Shown here: positions 21,301 through 30,840 of the stretch, one piece after another
How the letters are laid out: every line of letters begins with the position of its first letter
Position numbering within the stretch: position 1 is the stretch's first letter
Origin: a virus
Lineage: Duplodnaviria > Caudoviricetes
Direction: 5' to 3' (one strand)
DNA: 33,138 bases
Virus record (IMG/VR): IMGVR_UViG_3300020414_001513
Location: 1-33,138 of that record
Translations under genes and position numbers: made by a program
Notes under the pieces: model-generated
Databases searched by the model: none
The model's input: only the letters and a program-made list of their open reading frames with translations
Told to the model about the DNA's origin: nothing

Positions 21301-24300
21301 TACCAGCATTTGTAGTAAGACCAACTCCAGCATCATCTACAAGTTGGAAAGTCAAAGATGCTGGACTAGTATTAGCATATTGAATGACCTTAAACATCTG
21401 ATATTCATAATCTTGAGAATTGAATCCAGATCCGTCTGGGGATGCCATTTCAATTCCCTCAACAAAGATTCTATCATTCACCGCAAACTGTGGTGACGTA
21501 TATCCAAGTATAGGAGTTTTAAGAACACAAGTAGCGATTCCTGTAGGTCCACTGACCATAGAGACAATACCAACACCATTTGAGTTGTTGATAGCGATTA
21601 TTTTATGAGGTTCTGATTGTAATCCAGGAATAGGTGCAATCTGTTCTATTTCAGAAATAGAACCATTTGGTGCGCGTGCAATTAGTGTAGTTGAGTCTAC
21701 AACTTTCTTTGTGGTATCATTCCAGAGTAAAAGATCTGGATCACTCAGATATCTTTCACCACCAAATTCAATATTGATATTTTTGATTACATCTAAGTTG
21801 TCAATACTTACAATAGGTGGAACAAATGCTTCAGGTCTCAGAGTTCTATCTGATGCATAGTCATAACCAATATCTCTAAATCTAGTGGTTTTAATTCTGC
21901 CGATGGAAGTTGATACACCTATGATATTTGCATTGATACCATTTTCAGATGTTACATCCTTAAACTTAGGAAGTCTTTCAAAGTTAAATCCTTTAGATAA
22001 AACTCTAACTTGAGAAATACTACCATTCAGTGCGGTTGAGGACCTTGTAAAGTAATTGATTTCATCACATTGCTCATCATCATATTCCAAAACATCAGGG
22101 TAAATTTTTGGAGAAACACTGAATTGTGATGTTGCTGTCGTTGATAAACCAAATACTTCATAAACACCATTGTATTCACTATCAACATAGTTGATTTCTG
22201 AATGATTTAATACTTCAGTATCTGCTGTGCTAATATATCCACCCTTTGATAATCCATAATACAGTTTAGTTGGTATACTGGGGGAGTGTTTTACTGTGAG
22301 TGTAGCATTAGAAAGGGATCCAATTCCTACACTACCAACTCCAACCACATTGAAGTCTCTACTATCTAAGGAACTATTATATTCATTAACAAATTCTCTT
22401 TCTCTATAGATTTTTAATTCATATCCAAGTAATGATGGATCTTGCAGATTGAATGTTAAATCACCATTCCTTACAACATCAATTTTTGGATTGATTGCTG
22501 AGATATTGTGATTTACACCACCAGTGGTGGTCATACGTACAGTTTTCTCAGAATCTGGTCTCGTCTCATAAAGAGTTTCAGATAATCTAAATTTATCCCT
22601 AGTATCTTTTACAACGTAGTAAGAACCCGTGCTCAGTCCAGAAGCAACCTCTGTGCTCTCGTAGAAGACTTTATCACCAGTATTGTACCCGTGCTCAATA
22701 TATGTAAATGAACCGTCAGAGAGACTGATAGACGTTGAATTGATTCCTATAGTGTTTACAAGTATCTTCTTCTCATCTAAATTCAACTTAAGTTTTACTG
22801 CTGCTGTTGTTCCAAAACCAACGACAGTATTTGGTACAACACTCAATCTGACAGTATCACCCTTTTGAAGACCATGTGTTGCAGAAGTGCCAACAACTGT
22901 TGTAATTCTATCAACATTACCAATAAGTTGATTCTTATTAGTCTTAAGAAGATACTCTGCATTATCAGACCCATCACTGTAGAAGAATAAACCTTCTGTT
23001 GATGTGGTCAGACCAACTTGTGTTGTCAATCCAATAAAATCAGTACCTTTATTAATTACAAATACATCTGATGATAGTGTAGTTTGATTTGGTATGAAGA
23101 AAGTTGCTGTATTTAAATTATCATTACCAACAATCAGAGAATTTACACCTGGAGTTGTTGTTTTTGTAAAGGTAAGTCTCTGACCAGTCTTGAAGGGGTG
23201 GTTTGGAAGATATATGGATCTGCAAGGAATAGAAACCAATTCCGTGGTAACGCCAACTTGAACTACCTTATTGATAGCAGCACCAATAGTTGTTCCAATA
23301 CCAACAGATTCTGCTGCATTGAAGTAAACTAAATTATCTCTCTGAGAAGTAAATCTACCAGTTTTAACTGGTAATTTAACTCTGTCTGCGGTAAGATTTA
23401 AATCACTACCGAACGAATGTGCTGCACCTGTTGAACCATATCTCTTAACTCTAAGAACACCGTTAGAGAAGTTGTTCAATACAGTTACAACTTCATTTCC
23501 AGAAGAAGAGACAATTGTTATTGAGTTACCAATTGATACTGTGTTGAACAATCTTGATACAAATATATCTTCAGTCTTTCCTCCAGGCAAACTGGAGTAA
23601 CTTGTCATTGTTCCTGCTAATCCTACAGTTTCAGTGCTAAATCCAATTTTCTTAGAACCAGCGAGATATGTAACTGAAGTTGAAAGACCACTGACAAGAA
23701 CAGTATCGTTATTATTGAAATCAAATCCTTTCAACTGATAAGCAGATACTTGATCATCAGTATCCCAAACAAATACACAACCTGAATTTGAATCCAGAGT
23801 AGTTGAAATAGAGGTAATTCCTACACCCTTAAGTTCTGAAACTTCTCCTCTTACATTGGTTGAACCTATAATATCTTCCAAATCAAAGTTGACTCTATCA
23901 CCAATAGAATATCCCGTTCCACCATCAATTACTTTAATCTCTGGTACATCACCCTTTAGAACTGATTCAACAACAGTAGACTGTTCAAAATCTTCATACG
24001 ATTCATTGATGAAATCATAATCCGCATAAGGATCGTTGACTTTATATGGGAAAGTATTTCTGACAAGTTCTTCGTTATTGAAGTCAAATGAATGATCTAA
24101 AACTAAATTTTCCGTTATAACTTTAGACTTGAACTTATTACCAACAAAGTATGGATAAGTTGGTATAAAGTCTGTAGAAACTGTACTAGTAGTTACACCT
24201 GCAAAGTATGCATAGACTCCATTGGGGAAGTCTGGTGTTTTACAGAATCTTCCATTATGATGATCCAAATCACCAACATTATCATATTGATAATCTTCAA

Positions 24301-27300
24301 CAAAGAATCCTGGTTCAAAACTTGGTCTATCTACAACAGAACTAGTTCTTAACACATATCCAGTTTCAAGCCTCTTGATACCAGATTGAATATTTTCTGA
24401 AGATGTATATCCAAAAGGTCCATAGATTGGATTTCCATCATATGCCCATCCAATGATTGGTGAGTGAGAACCATTCAAAGATTCAAAGTTTGATGCAAGA
24501 TCCTCAGAATATCCATAAATTCCATATACTAAGGAATTTTCTTCGTCATTCTTATAAAGATTTGAGTAAATCTTAGTTGAATTGTTTGCAGATATTTTTC
24601 CAAATCTATATGCATCATTTACGTTGAGAACTCTAACTCTAGTATCAAATAATGCACCAGATCCTCTAGGATCTACAAATATAGAAGTAGAGGCAGAACT
24701 ATAACCAATACCACTATTAATTACAACAACATCATCCAATCTATCATCGACCATAACAGGTCTTAAGATCGCTCCAGTTCCTCCAGAAGGATCCTCAATT
24801 GTTAAATCTGGAGTAGATTTATAATTGGAACCCTTGTTCAAAACTTGAATATCTACAATTCTTCCGTTTGAAATGATTGGATTAACTTGGGCATTTTTAC
24901 CCTTACTGATATTAATCAGTGGTTTTTTGTGCAAATTGAGTGTGGTTGAACCATATCCAGTTCCAGACTCATACAAATATGCATCAATAATTTCACCAGT
25001 AATTACAGGATTAAATGAGAATGTTCCAGTGGTTCCACCAAATGAAACGTTGGCATCTACTCTGATTTCTGGATATTGGAATATTTGATATCCACTTCCA
25101 GTAGAATCAAACTTGACATATTTTCCTCTATTCAAATCTGACGTAAATGTACCAGCAACACCTACATTGATAACTCTAAAACTATTTGAGGTAAGTTTTT
25201 GGATAGAATATCTGTTAAGTGTGGAAAGACCAACTACTTCAGTTCCAGTTGTTTGATAAGTTACAACTTCTCCAGTTTTAAATCCGTGGTTATCAAAATA
25301 AATTGTATTATACTCAGTAGAGATACCAGATGATTTGACTCTAAGTTTTCTGTGAGTATATCCAGAACCACCATTCAATACTTTGATTGCTCTTAAATTG
25401 TTCTGGGGTAAAGTTCTGAACTTGTGAATTCCAGCAGCAGTTGTTGCTGTTGATAATCCAATAGTATTAATTCCTGTTACACCAGAAAATGCATCAATAT
25501 CATTTCTGAATAATCTAATGGTGCTGGTGTTTACAACTCTTGCAACATATTCATCACCAATAGCAAGACTACCAGTTACTAAGTTATTTGGATCATAAGC
25601 ATCTCCAGTTGAGATTGGATCATTTCCATTATGGTTGTAAATGATATGTTGCCCATCAGCAAGATTATGTTGCTTGGTAAATGTGATTGTCTCATTACCA
25701 ATATCAATACCACCACCAAGAGTTAGATTGCGACTATCAAAACTTATTTCTCTGAATCTTTGTCCAACAACAGGTTCAAGTGAACAACCAGATCCATTTC
25801 CACCAGTCAAAGAAACTGATAAAAATTCTTGGAAATCAAAATCTTGAGGGTCAACAAAAACTTCTTTTACACTTCCCTCAATAACTGGCTCAACATATGC
25901 TGTTAAACCTGCTCCAGTAGAAATTGTAATTTCAGGTGGATCAATTACATCATATCCTCTTCCACCATTGAGAACTTCAAATTCTTCAATAGGACCGTAG
26001 TAGATTTTATCTCTAGATGCTGGACCAGAGATTTCTACACCGTCAACTAATATACCAACGTTGCCATATCCTCTCTCTTCACTTTCAACTTTGATATTGT
26101 TTTGGGAAAGTGGAAACTTTCTCAAAACTTTATTTCCAGAAAGTTCTCTATTTTCGTGACGCCTTAATGTAAAATTATGAACGCCAGGATTATTGTTTGG
26201 TCCAATTCTTACAAATTCATTTCCACCCAGTGTTGACTTAGATGAATAAACTCTGATTTCATTTTGTGCAATTAGTTTTACAAAGTAATATTCACCAGAG
26301 ACTAATCCAGATAATTGGTTTGTCGCGGTATATTTGATTTCATCACCATCTCTAAAATCAACTGGTCCAGAGAATTTGATAGAACCATAACTCTTAAAGT
26401 ATGAACTAAAGTCTCCTAAATTGGAAACAGTTCCATCTGGTATTGAAGACTCTACAATATTACTTGGAATAGTGTATCCAGGTAATGAGTTTGAAGCAAC
26501 ATAACCAAACTCTCGACTATCATCTGTATAGACGTTCAATGCATTAGCAATGAAAACATCATTACCAACAGATATGACGACTCCAGCACTCTTTGATTTG
26601 ACAAGTTTTCTTCTAATACTATAATCTCTAGTTGGATCTGCAACAAACGTTCCAGTATTGGAAAGTGTTACCTCTTTAGTAATCGCATTTATGTTGGAGA
26701 CTTGAGCAAAAGAGGAGTTAGAAGAAGTTGGATCAGGAACAACAACTTGTTGACTATCACCGATAACAACCTCTACAAAATCACCTTCCTTCAGACTTGA
26801 CTTATCAATATCCGATTTTAATGTGAATACAGAACCTGCAATGGAATCAACTTCAAATCTTGTGCTTGTATTGTAAATCCAAGAATTTGCAAATGTTTGT
26901 AGTTGAGTCTTATCAGAAGGAGGATTGAAAATAACTTCACCGACATTTCTGACAGTAATAAGTTCATCCTCTTCCATAAGAGGAATATCTTCTAATGCAG
27001 TGAACTTGGAGAGAACACCTGTGATACGCATATCGCATCTATTCTCAGTATCACCATCTTCATATCCAAAAATAGTTTCATCTTCTCTGACAAGATCATT
27101 CAGTTCAATCTTAGATGTAACTCCAGTACATCCGTAAAACTGGTTGATGCTCTTTGAGGTATAGTCAATTCTGTTATTACCAGAAATTATTGTTCCTGTT
27201 TGACCAAATCCAATTGTGGAGTCAACACTAATTACAGTATCATTTACATTGACTGGTTCTAAAGATCTTGATGCTCCAGGAATTCTAAAAATACCTTCAA

Positions 27301-28219
27301 TTAAATCTTTATCGTTATATCCAACAAATAGTCCAAGTTTGTAGAATGTTTTTTGATTTCTGGTAAAGATCTCAACATCGGATACAGATGCATTTGTATT
27401 GAGATCGTTTGATTTAAATATTGTTTGACCTTCAAGTTTAAATGGATTGCCAGATATATTTTCTGCTACAACAATCTCCCTTCTAATGTATTCTGCAGAA
27501 GAAGGTTTGATGAGTCTATTTTCAAGATCAATTACAGTGGCTTCAGCACCATATAACACCTTGAACAGAATCTTGATTGATTCTGCAATACCTTTAGACT
27601 GATAAAAATTTCTTGCGTGTTTAATGAAGTTTCCAACGTTTAAATCAGAAACAAAATCATATTCCTCAAGACCAGGAGTAAAAGTTTTCTTTAACTTTTT
27701 ATAGAATTCTTGTAAGAATAAGACACTAAGGTTTTTGACAACTACCGTCTGATCATGATTGGCCGCGGCAGAATCTCTGAATGTAATATTTTGCTTATTG
27801 ACATTACTAAAAACACTGGAGATACCAACATCATATCCAGTGATTCCACTAAAACCACGAACACAACCAGTAAATGAAGTTGCAGTTTTATCCGTATACG
27901 TTACAATTTCATCACCGATCTGTAACAGACCATACTCGTCTGGGAATCCAACAGTTGATGATACATTAATAACAGTATCAGATTTAGATACTGCTGATGT
28001 GAGAGATACTTTGCCTACGACAACCTCAGGAATAAGATTATCTAACTTGATATAACGATCAAGATTATCAATAAGATCAACATTTCCACCCTGGTGTTCC
28101 AGAGACAGATAATATTGTTTGAAAAATTCAACAGCTTTCGGAAAGTCTGCAACTAAGAATTCTGGAAGTTGGCTCTCAATAATTTTATTGAGTTGCACTC
28201 TCTTCTCAAAATGAGACAT
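15371..28219 (-). CDS. gp7: Giant baseplate wedge initiator (gp7-like) with many repeat modules
   Basis: 4282 aa between gp6 and gp8; N-terminal SQLPEFL...FFKQYY and FIKHARNFYQSKG...SIKILFKVLYG, plus YYQNLSYSIKS...VHPAGLKNF typical of gp7-like proteins. Confidence 0.8.
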   Translation of the reverse strand: MSHFEKRVQLNKIIESQLPEFLVADFPKAVEFFKQYYLSLEHQGGNVDLIDNLDRYIKLDNLIPEVVVGKVSLTSAVSKSDTVINVSSTVGFPDEYGLLQIGDEIVTYTDKTATSFTGCVRGFSGITGYDVGISSVFSNVNKQNITFRDSAAANHDQTVVVKNLSVLFLQEFYKKLKKTFTPGLEEYDFVSDLNVGNFIKHARNFYQSKGIAESIKILFKVLYGAEATVIDLENRLIKPSSAEYIRREIVVAENISGNPFKLEGQTIFKSNDLNTNASVSDVEIFTRNQKTFYKLGLFVGYNDKDLIEGIFRIPGASRSLEPVNVNDTVISVDSTIGFGQTGTIISGNNRIDYTSKSINQFYGCTGVTSKIELNDLVREDETIFGYEDGDTENRCDMRITGVLSKFTALEDIPLMEEDELITVRNVGEVIFNPPSDKTQLQTFANSWIYNTSTRFEVDSIAGSVFTLKSDIDKSSLKEGDFVEVVIGDSQQVVVPDPTSSNSSFAQVSNINAITKEVTLSNTGTFVADPTRDYSIRRKLVKSKSAGVVISVGNDVFIANALNVYTDDSREFGYVASNSLPGYTIPSNIVESSIPDGTVSNLGDFSSYFKSYGSIKFSGPVDFRDGDEIKYTATNQLSGLVSGEYYFVKLIAQNEIRVYSSKSTLGGNEFVRIGPNNNPGVHNFTLRRHENRELSGNKVLRKFPLSQNNIKVESEERGYGNVGILVDGVEISGPASRDKIYYGPIEEFEVLNGGRGYDVIDPPEITISTGAGLTAYVEPVIEGSVKEVFVDPQDFDFQEFLSVSLTGGNGSGCSLEPVVGQRFREISFDSRNLTLGGGIDIGNETITFTKQHNLADGQHIIYNHNGNDPISTGDAYDPNNLVTGSLAIGDEYVARVVNTSTIRLFRNDIDAFSGVTGINTIGLSTATTAAGIHKFRTLPQNNLRAIKVLNGGSGYTHRKLRVKSSGISTEYNTIYFDNHGFKTGEVVTYQTTGTEVVGLSTLNRYSIQKLTSNSFRVINVGVAGTFTSDLNRGKYVKFDSTGSGYQIFQYPEIRVDANVSFGGTTGTFSFNPVITGEIIDAYLYESGTGYGSTTLNLHKKPLINISKGKNAQVNPIISNGRIVDIQVLNKGSNYKSTPDLTIEDPSGGTGAILRPVMVDDRLDDVVVINSGIGYSSASTSIFVDPRGSGALFDTRVRVLNVNDAYRFGKISANNSTKIYSNLYKNDEENSLVYGIYGYSEDLASNFESLNGSHSPIIGWAYDGNPIYGPFGYTSSENIQSGIKRLETGYVLRTSSVVDRPSFEPGFFVEDYQYDNVGDLDHHNGRFCKTPDFPNGVYAYFAGVTTSTVSTDFIPTYPYFVGNKFKSKVITENLVLDHSFDFNNEELVRNTFPYKVNDPYADYDFINESYEDFEQSTVVESVLKGDVPEIKVIDGGTGYSIGDRVNFDLEDIIGSTNVRGEVSELKGVGITSISTTLDSNSGCVFVWDTDDQVSAYQLKGFDFNNNDTVLVSGLSTSVTYLAGSKKIGFSTETVGLAGTMTSYSSLPGGKTEDIFVSRLFNTVSIGNSITIVSSSGNEVVTVLNNFSNGVLRVKRYGSTGAAHSFGSDLNLTADRVKLPVKTGRFTSQRDNLVYFNAAESVGIGTTIGAAINKVVQVGVTTELVSIPCRSIYLPNHPFKTGQRLTFTKTTTPGVNSLIVGNDNLNTATFFIPNQTTLSSDVFVINKGTDFIGLTTQVGLTTSTEGLFFYSDGSDNAEYLLKTNKNQLIGNVDRITTVVGTSATHGLQKGDTVRLSVVPNTVVGFGTTAAVKLKLNLDEKKILVNTIGINSTSISLSDGSFTYIEHGYNTGDKVFYESTEVASGLSTGSYYVVKDTRDKFRLSETLYETRPDSEKTVRMTTTGGVNHNISAINPKIDVVRNGDLTFNLQDPSLLGYELKIYREREFVNEYNSSLDSRDFNVVGVGSVGIGSLSNATLTVKHSPSIPTKLYYGLSKGGYISTADTEVLNHSEINYVDSEYNGVYEVFGLSTTATSQFSVSPKIYPDVLEYDDEQCDEINYFTRSSTALNGSISQVRVLSKGFNFERLPKFKDVTSENGINANIIGVSTSIGRIKTTRFRDIGYDYASDRTLRPEAFVPPIVSIDNLDVIKNINIEFGGERYLSDPDLLLWNDTTKKVVDSTTLIARAPNGSISEIEQIAPIPGLQSEPHKIIAINNSNGVGIVSMVSGPTGIATCVLKTPILGYTSPQFAVNDRIFVEGIEMASPDGSGFNSQDYEYQMFKVIQYANTSPASLTFQLVDDAGVGLTTNAGIAKTFQSGYATLINESNYPRITIEQERGSFVENERLYVDSGQGYAKQDLFVALVRDDYIKVRGRANLFKGDRIKGFISGTIADVTSIDRKRGKFEIEYSSKNDIGWNDDVGKISQDYQVTPNNDYYQNLSYSIKSPITWDELSTPVNSIVHPAGLKNFADVGVSSEASSRIGLGGTTTAIVILDVVNERRVDIVNYFDNTLDDNPRVSSITGLTQSNALQIQNRKLTDFIECRTNRVLIHDDISEQFSSRGFKDTFLEIEEISFLDNHVRYLIQIVDPDTEDTQLSELVVQSTTNDIFLFEKYTTFTKNRLGSFEAEIQDGDRKVLKFIPADAFDTDYDIKVLKKTYLYQGLPAGSSGVGTESFGSVDLVSSFVGINSVTTGISSNTKVIAQFPDSDFNGLFASIEISNRFTSDTNYIEAAIDFDGTNTYVSEYYFDAQTLSYSASSVGIISAFHDTSAGIVSITAYNSSNEFIDVRSNIVGFANTVAGIGTYRFLLNNQPGGTEKSARYESVNGLGSNVVRAGTFDIRSISSAASIVRVSAGTTSAIHQVAIMANSRVGDIVVVPGTFSATNNVTGLGTFGGERVGNEFYLNFYPDTPYNVELQSFNEVFYREMDFDNQANPLSYGPTNKLLFLTAYDGLNGLRANRTNFAIKHDGKPIYMKEFDPSNTTLLNYASGLFTMQDHFFNTGEELLYNPKSTFVGVGQTAMGIGATANYAGVVTDRLPEKVYPIAITPDTFKLATTPQFARAGIFVTFTDAGLGNAHELEFTKKLSKSVIAIDGIVQQPVTFTPINHKLDHNGHYLTGGISAGISTFNISGISSIQPRDLLLVDDEFMSIVEVGFSTNVAGEVLGPISGVIASGAGVTFPTVSVKRGAVGTAATTHFDGANVQIYRGSFNIVKNELHFTDPPKGNNRARRNESNLPYVQAAFSGRTFLRSNYDTNMVFDDISDEFTGIGKTFSLKVGGADTTGVDSGNGILFINGVFQTPSTDNNAGNTYEFTKDVTAGISSVIYTGISSVDGTPIESKFDINQNQIPRGGLIVSLGSTPGLGYAPLVGAKVKAEKNSTGQITNIIGINTITTAVSISTALYNQVSGILEIETTDSHNIRGGDRVKLDNLEFSCSSAHSGVTTTIFPDYDYPVDVFNVISATEVAINVGPSTIPHVYEGGGTVARHFTQNFGSGYRSPISIGVTDLAYEHRFVRSANNSITASTGGPFTPTNAKFTSHTGVLQLTIPNHGLDTTDTIQIATDSLVFTCSDDDFFTEQPYPRATDPAAGATLSVNAFTTNTISVGVGSAGGGGTGAVVEASVGIGGTLSFTITNPGKGYVNPSIIIPEPNYENMEIVGVSRLGIGATTEVGKNLLLNLTVGSAGTSVGIGSTLFLIDEFKISRSGYGFQPGDVMEVVGLVTAKDFASPVDPFQLEVVETFSDKFSAWSFGEMDYIDSVFGFQNGSRKRFPLFYRGELLSFELDVNNPLSSAIDLDSVLVIFVNGVLQTPGYAYQFTGGTSFIFTEPPKANDKVDIFFYLGIDGVDVTQVETTETIKVGDEVFVRKHPNFNETADQLRERSITEITGSDIFETDIYSGPGVNDTIFRPFDWIKQKKDKFVKGDLISKKRPILETKVFPTARIIGDISPTSSEIFVDNAQFFDYDEMVLDLSQNTFTFDAFMMDSIEPVSAAFTATVSIAGTVSGVSIANPGVGYTVTSADIKFSAPKEIGVGIGTTATGTVTLSNGQVTSVSITNAGFGYTNTNPPQVIIETPRVASENISNVSNVQGFSGIITGISTSVGTNGHPLALKFNFRAMKDYGVDGEAEVASDALDLQVGYPVMIYNTTVGNGVTSVNSSDSAVVGIGTTFLDNVYIVNNITSLASKAEITCNVHSSSPIIGILESGNFDDNNAGLTTSLGTLSWGRIFNYDARNGIGIGVTGLTVDAGLSTFPTIQRRGNFGEGKTGAVRSTKPRADGVSIEADNNLNFYIQ

Positions 28220-28222
28220 ATT

Positions 28223-30127
28223 TTATTTCCTCTCTAGATCTCCGTTTGAATAACTTGAAGTATAGTAATCTCTTGTGAAAGATACCCCAGAAATGTCTTC
28301 GCCAGAAGCAATAACATCTTTAATCATATTTATCTCGCTATTTGAAATGCTAAAAGAAAGATATAGATCTTTTAGACCAACAACATCGTTAGATTCTGGG
28401 AATGCTTGAATCTCAATAATGTTGTTTGGTTTCTCAGTTTCTACGATGTTTAGAGTGTTGAGAATGACTTCTCCCTTCATATAGTCAACAACACCTGCAT
28501 CTCTTGCAACAATGACTCTTTCACCGTTAGAATTGACTTTGACTACGGAAATAACTCCTTTCATCAAGTCTGCATTTGGAACATCTGTGAAATATACAAC
28601 CGAACTTTCACCAGAGATTTTAAATCCAGTAGACTTGATATTGAGTCCATTTGGTTTTACATTAAACCTATTACCAAAGCAAATCTCATATTGTGCAAAT
28701 TGACCAATCAATGCCTTCATATCTCTTCTAATTTTTACCTTAGTGATATTAGAAGTGATTGCATTATCAACACGATCGATCAATTGAAGTATCTTACTAT
28801 ACTTAAAGCGACCTCCAAAGCGGTTCATATCAATATCTTTGGAGTATTTTGTCAAACTATCAATAATATTTGTTCTCAAGTCGTCAACATTAGAGACTTG
28901 TGCTGAGTTGTAGTAAACATTTGACTCAAGTTCAACATAAAGCACCTTAAGATCAATGATTTTTTGGTTAATACCAGCAATTGAGTACTGTTTTAACTTA
29001 TTGAGTATGTTCCGTTTGTCAAAATCAGAGACATAAGTGCCATTTTTTGGTTTGATGCTGATTTGAACTGTTCCAAACTGCGGTGGAGTCAATTCTTCGC
29101 CACCAACTACTGCAACAGAGTCTGTATTTGGGTAAATTGACTGAATAATCGCCTCATAATCCCTTGATGTAACCGCTCTGTATTGTGCTGAGTAGAGTCT
29201 TGGAGCAAAATACTTGATAGAGGACACATTTTCAATTTCGCCGCCGTTTTGCGCCTTCTGAACGGTGGTTACGGGGACAGATGAAGTGGGAATTACCCTA
29301 ACATTGGACTGATCTACAAAATTTCCTTGAAAATCAAAGACTGAAGGACCATTTCCACTCTCACCATCGGTAACAATGTACCTAACGGTGATAACTGCGT
29401 TATTTTCTACTTCTTTTCCGAAATATCCGTCACCAAACAGGAGTTCATAGTGCTCATCTTGCACTTCTTGCAGTAAGAAGATCTCAGATGTCTTATCAAT
29501 GTTTAAAATATTGTCAACTTTCTTATATTCTATACCTAAACCAGTATCATTGATACCTTTTACGAAAACAGTGATTGTGGATGTATCAATATTTGGATTA
29601 TCAAGGATAAATCTTTGATCAACAGAGGTATTGACTAAGAATTGTCTTGTCAAATATGAACCTTGACAGATTTCAATGGGTTTATCTGCAGTTCCAAACT
29701 GCGCTACTCCGTTTATGACAGAAGCAGTGATATCTTGTGGGGTAGAGAAGCGATATGACGTGTTATCTTGCCTTCCAAGGCACACTAAACCTGCTTCAAG
29801 CGTGATAAAATCACTACTGGTAGTGGTAGGTACACTGAATGTTACGTGTGCCTTAGCGGCGCTTTTAGAGCGAGGTATATAACCAATGTTTCTTGCCAGT
29901 GAAACCACATTTTCACGAACTGTTGCACCATCCAGGAAGGATTCATTGACAACTAGGTTCGCATTAAACGCACTAATGTAAGTATTGTACGCAAGAGTAT
30001 CGATCAGGACCGAAAAATTAGATCCTTCAAAGTCAAAATCCGTGAAATTTGAATTTGCACGGAGATAATCTTTGATCTGGATCTTAATTTGATCGAAATC
30101 TAGGTTAGTAAACTGTGTAAAAGGCAT
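28223..30127 (-). CDS. gp6: Baseplate wedge subunit (T4 gp6-like)
   Basis: 634 aa; LDFDQIK, DFDFEGSNFSVLIDTLAYNT, ESFLDGATVRENVVSLARNIGY, LLFGDGYFG and QYRAVTSRDYEAI. Confidence 0.95.
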   Translation of the reverse strand: MPFTQFTNLDFDQIKIQIKDYLRANSNFTDFDFEGSNFSVLIDTLAYNTYISAFNANLVVNESFLDGATVRENVVSLARNIGYIPRSKSAAKAHVTFSVPTTTSSDFITLEAGLVCLGRQDNTSYRFSTPQDITASVINGVAQFGTADKPIEICQGSYLTRQFLVNTSVDQRFILDNPNIDTSTITVFVKGINDTGLGIEYKKVDNILNIDKTSEIFLLQEVQDEHYELLFGDGYFGKEVENNAVITVRYIVTDGESGNGPSVFDFQGNFVDQSNVRVIPTSSVPVTTVQKAQNGGEIENVSSIKYFAPRLYSAQYRAVTSRDYEAIIQSIYPNTDSVAVVGGEELTPPQFGTVQISIKPKNGTYVSDFDKRNILNKLKQYSIAGINQKIIDLKVLYVELESNVYYNSAQVSNVDDLRTNIIDSLTKYSKDIDMNRFGGRFKYSKILQLIDRVDNAITSNITKVKIRRDMKALIGQFAQYEICFGNRFNVKPNGLNIKSTGFKISGESSVVYFTDVPNADLMKGVISVVKVNSNGERVIVARDAGVVDYMKGEVILNTLNIVETEKPNNIIEIQAFPESNDVVGLKDLYLSFSISNSEINMIKDVIASGEDISGVSFTRDYYTSSYSNGDLERK

Positions 30128-30130
30128 ATC

Positions 30131-30532
30131 TTATCGTGTTGCCTCTAATATGAATGAAAATGCTTGAGGTGGAAAATCTTGACCTACAATGTCAAAGAAT
30201 ACATTGACATCAAAACTGTTATCATCAGGTCTTGGATCGACTTGAACTTCTATATTTTCAACTCTATCCTCATAAAATTGAATTGTATCGGTAATTTGGT
30301 CCTGAACAATACGTGCAGTACCAACATCAACGAAGTCAAAGAGACTTCTACGAACATCAGACCCTAAATCAGAGTTAAAAAAGCGTTCTGTTGGTATTGT
30401 TTCAACCAAATTACGAACTGAGCGCACAATAGCACGCTCATTTATCAAGACAGGAAGGTCTTTCGTCACAGGATGTGGATCAAATGAGAAACTAATATCC
30501 TTAAATGCTCTTGAAACCCTCTTACTAGGCAT
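30131..30532 (-). CDS. gp25: Baseplate wedge subunit (T4 gp25-like)
   Basis: 133 aa; FKDISFSFDPHPVTKD, NERAIVRSVRNLVETIPTERFFNSDLGS and the YEDRV motif. Confidence 0.93.
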   Translation of the reverse strand: MPSKRVSRAFKDISFSFDPHPVTKDLPVLINERAIVRSVRNLVETIPTERFFNSDLGSDVRRSLFDFVDVGTARIVQDQITDTIQFYEDRVENIEVQVDPRPDDNSFDVNVFFDIVGQDFPPQAFSFILEATR

Positions 30533-30556
30533 TGAAATGGTAGATTTTTCTGAATT

Positions 30557-30564
30557 TATTTATA
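30557..30564 (-). promoter_or_regulatory. T4-type late promoter TATAAATA
   Basis: Exact consensus in the intergenic gap, 24 nt before the gp25 ATG. Confidence 0.9.
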
Positions 30565-30568
30565 CCTT

Positions 30569-30835
30569 CTACCCAGAAATCTGACCATATGTTGTATCTG
30601 TACCGTTATCATCACGAATTTTCTCATGAAGTTCGTTCTGAGTCTTCAAATCGTGCTTTTTAGGTGTTAGATCATCGTTAGCAATCTCACGAAGCATCTT
30701 TTGGTGCTGATGATTGCCTAAGTTGTCAAGAAAATCGTTCATTTTTTCACTTTGGTGGTAGTCAGTAACGAGTCTTGTGGTACCCCACATTTCTCTCATG
30801 TAGTTAGTGTCTCTATCGACAGGTGAATTGCCCAT
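30569..30835 (-). CDS. Hypothetical protein (88 aa)
   Basis: AGGAG Shine-Dalgarno 5 nt upstream of the ATG; MGNSPVDRDTNYMREMWGT...KMLREIANDDLTPKKHD. Confidence 0.8.
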   Translation of the reverse strand: MGNSPVDRDTNYMREMWGTTRLVTDYHQSEKMNDFLDNLGNHQHQKMLREIANDDLTPKKHDLKTQNELHEKIRDDNGTDTTYGQISG

Positions 30836-30840
30836 TGTAG

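Noticed and set aside
6365-28219. Inteins, introns or frameshifts in the two giant ORFs
   Set aside because: Both frames are continuous, and I saw no intein splice motifs (C...HN-C/S/T) or LAGLIDADG/HNH motifs by eye.
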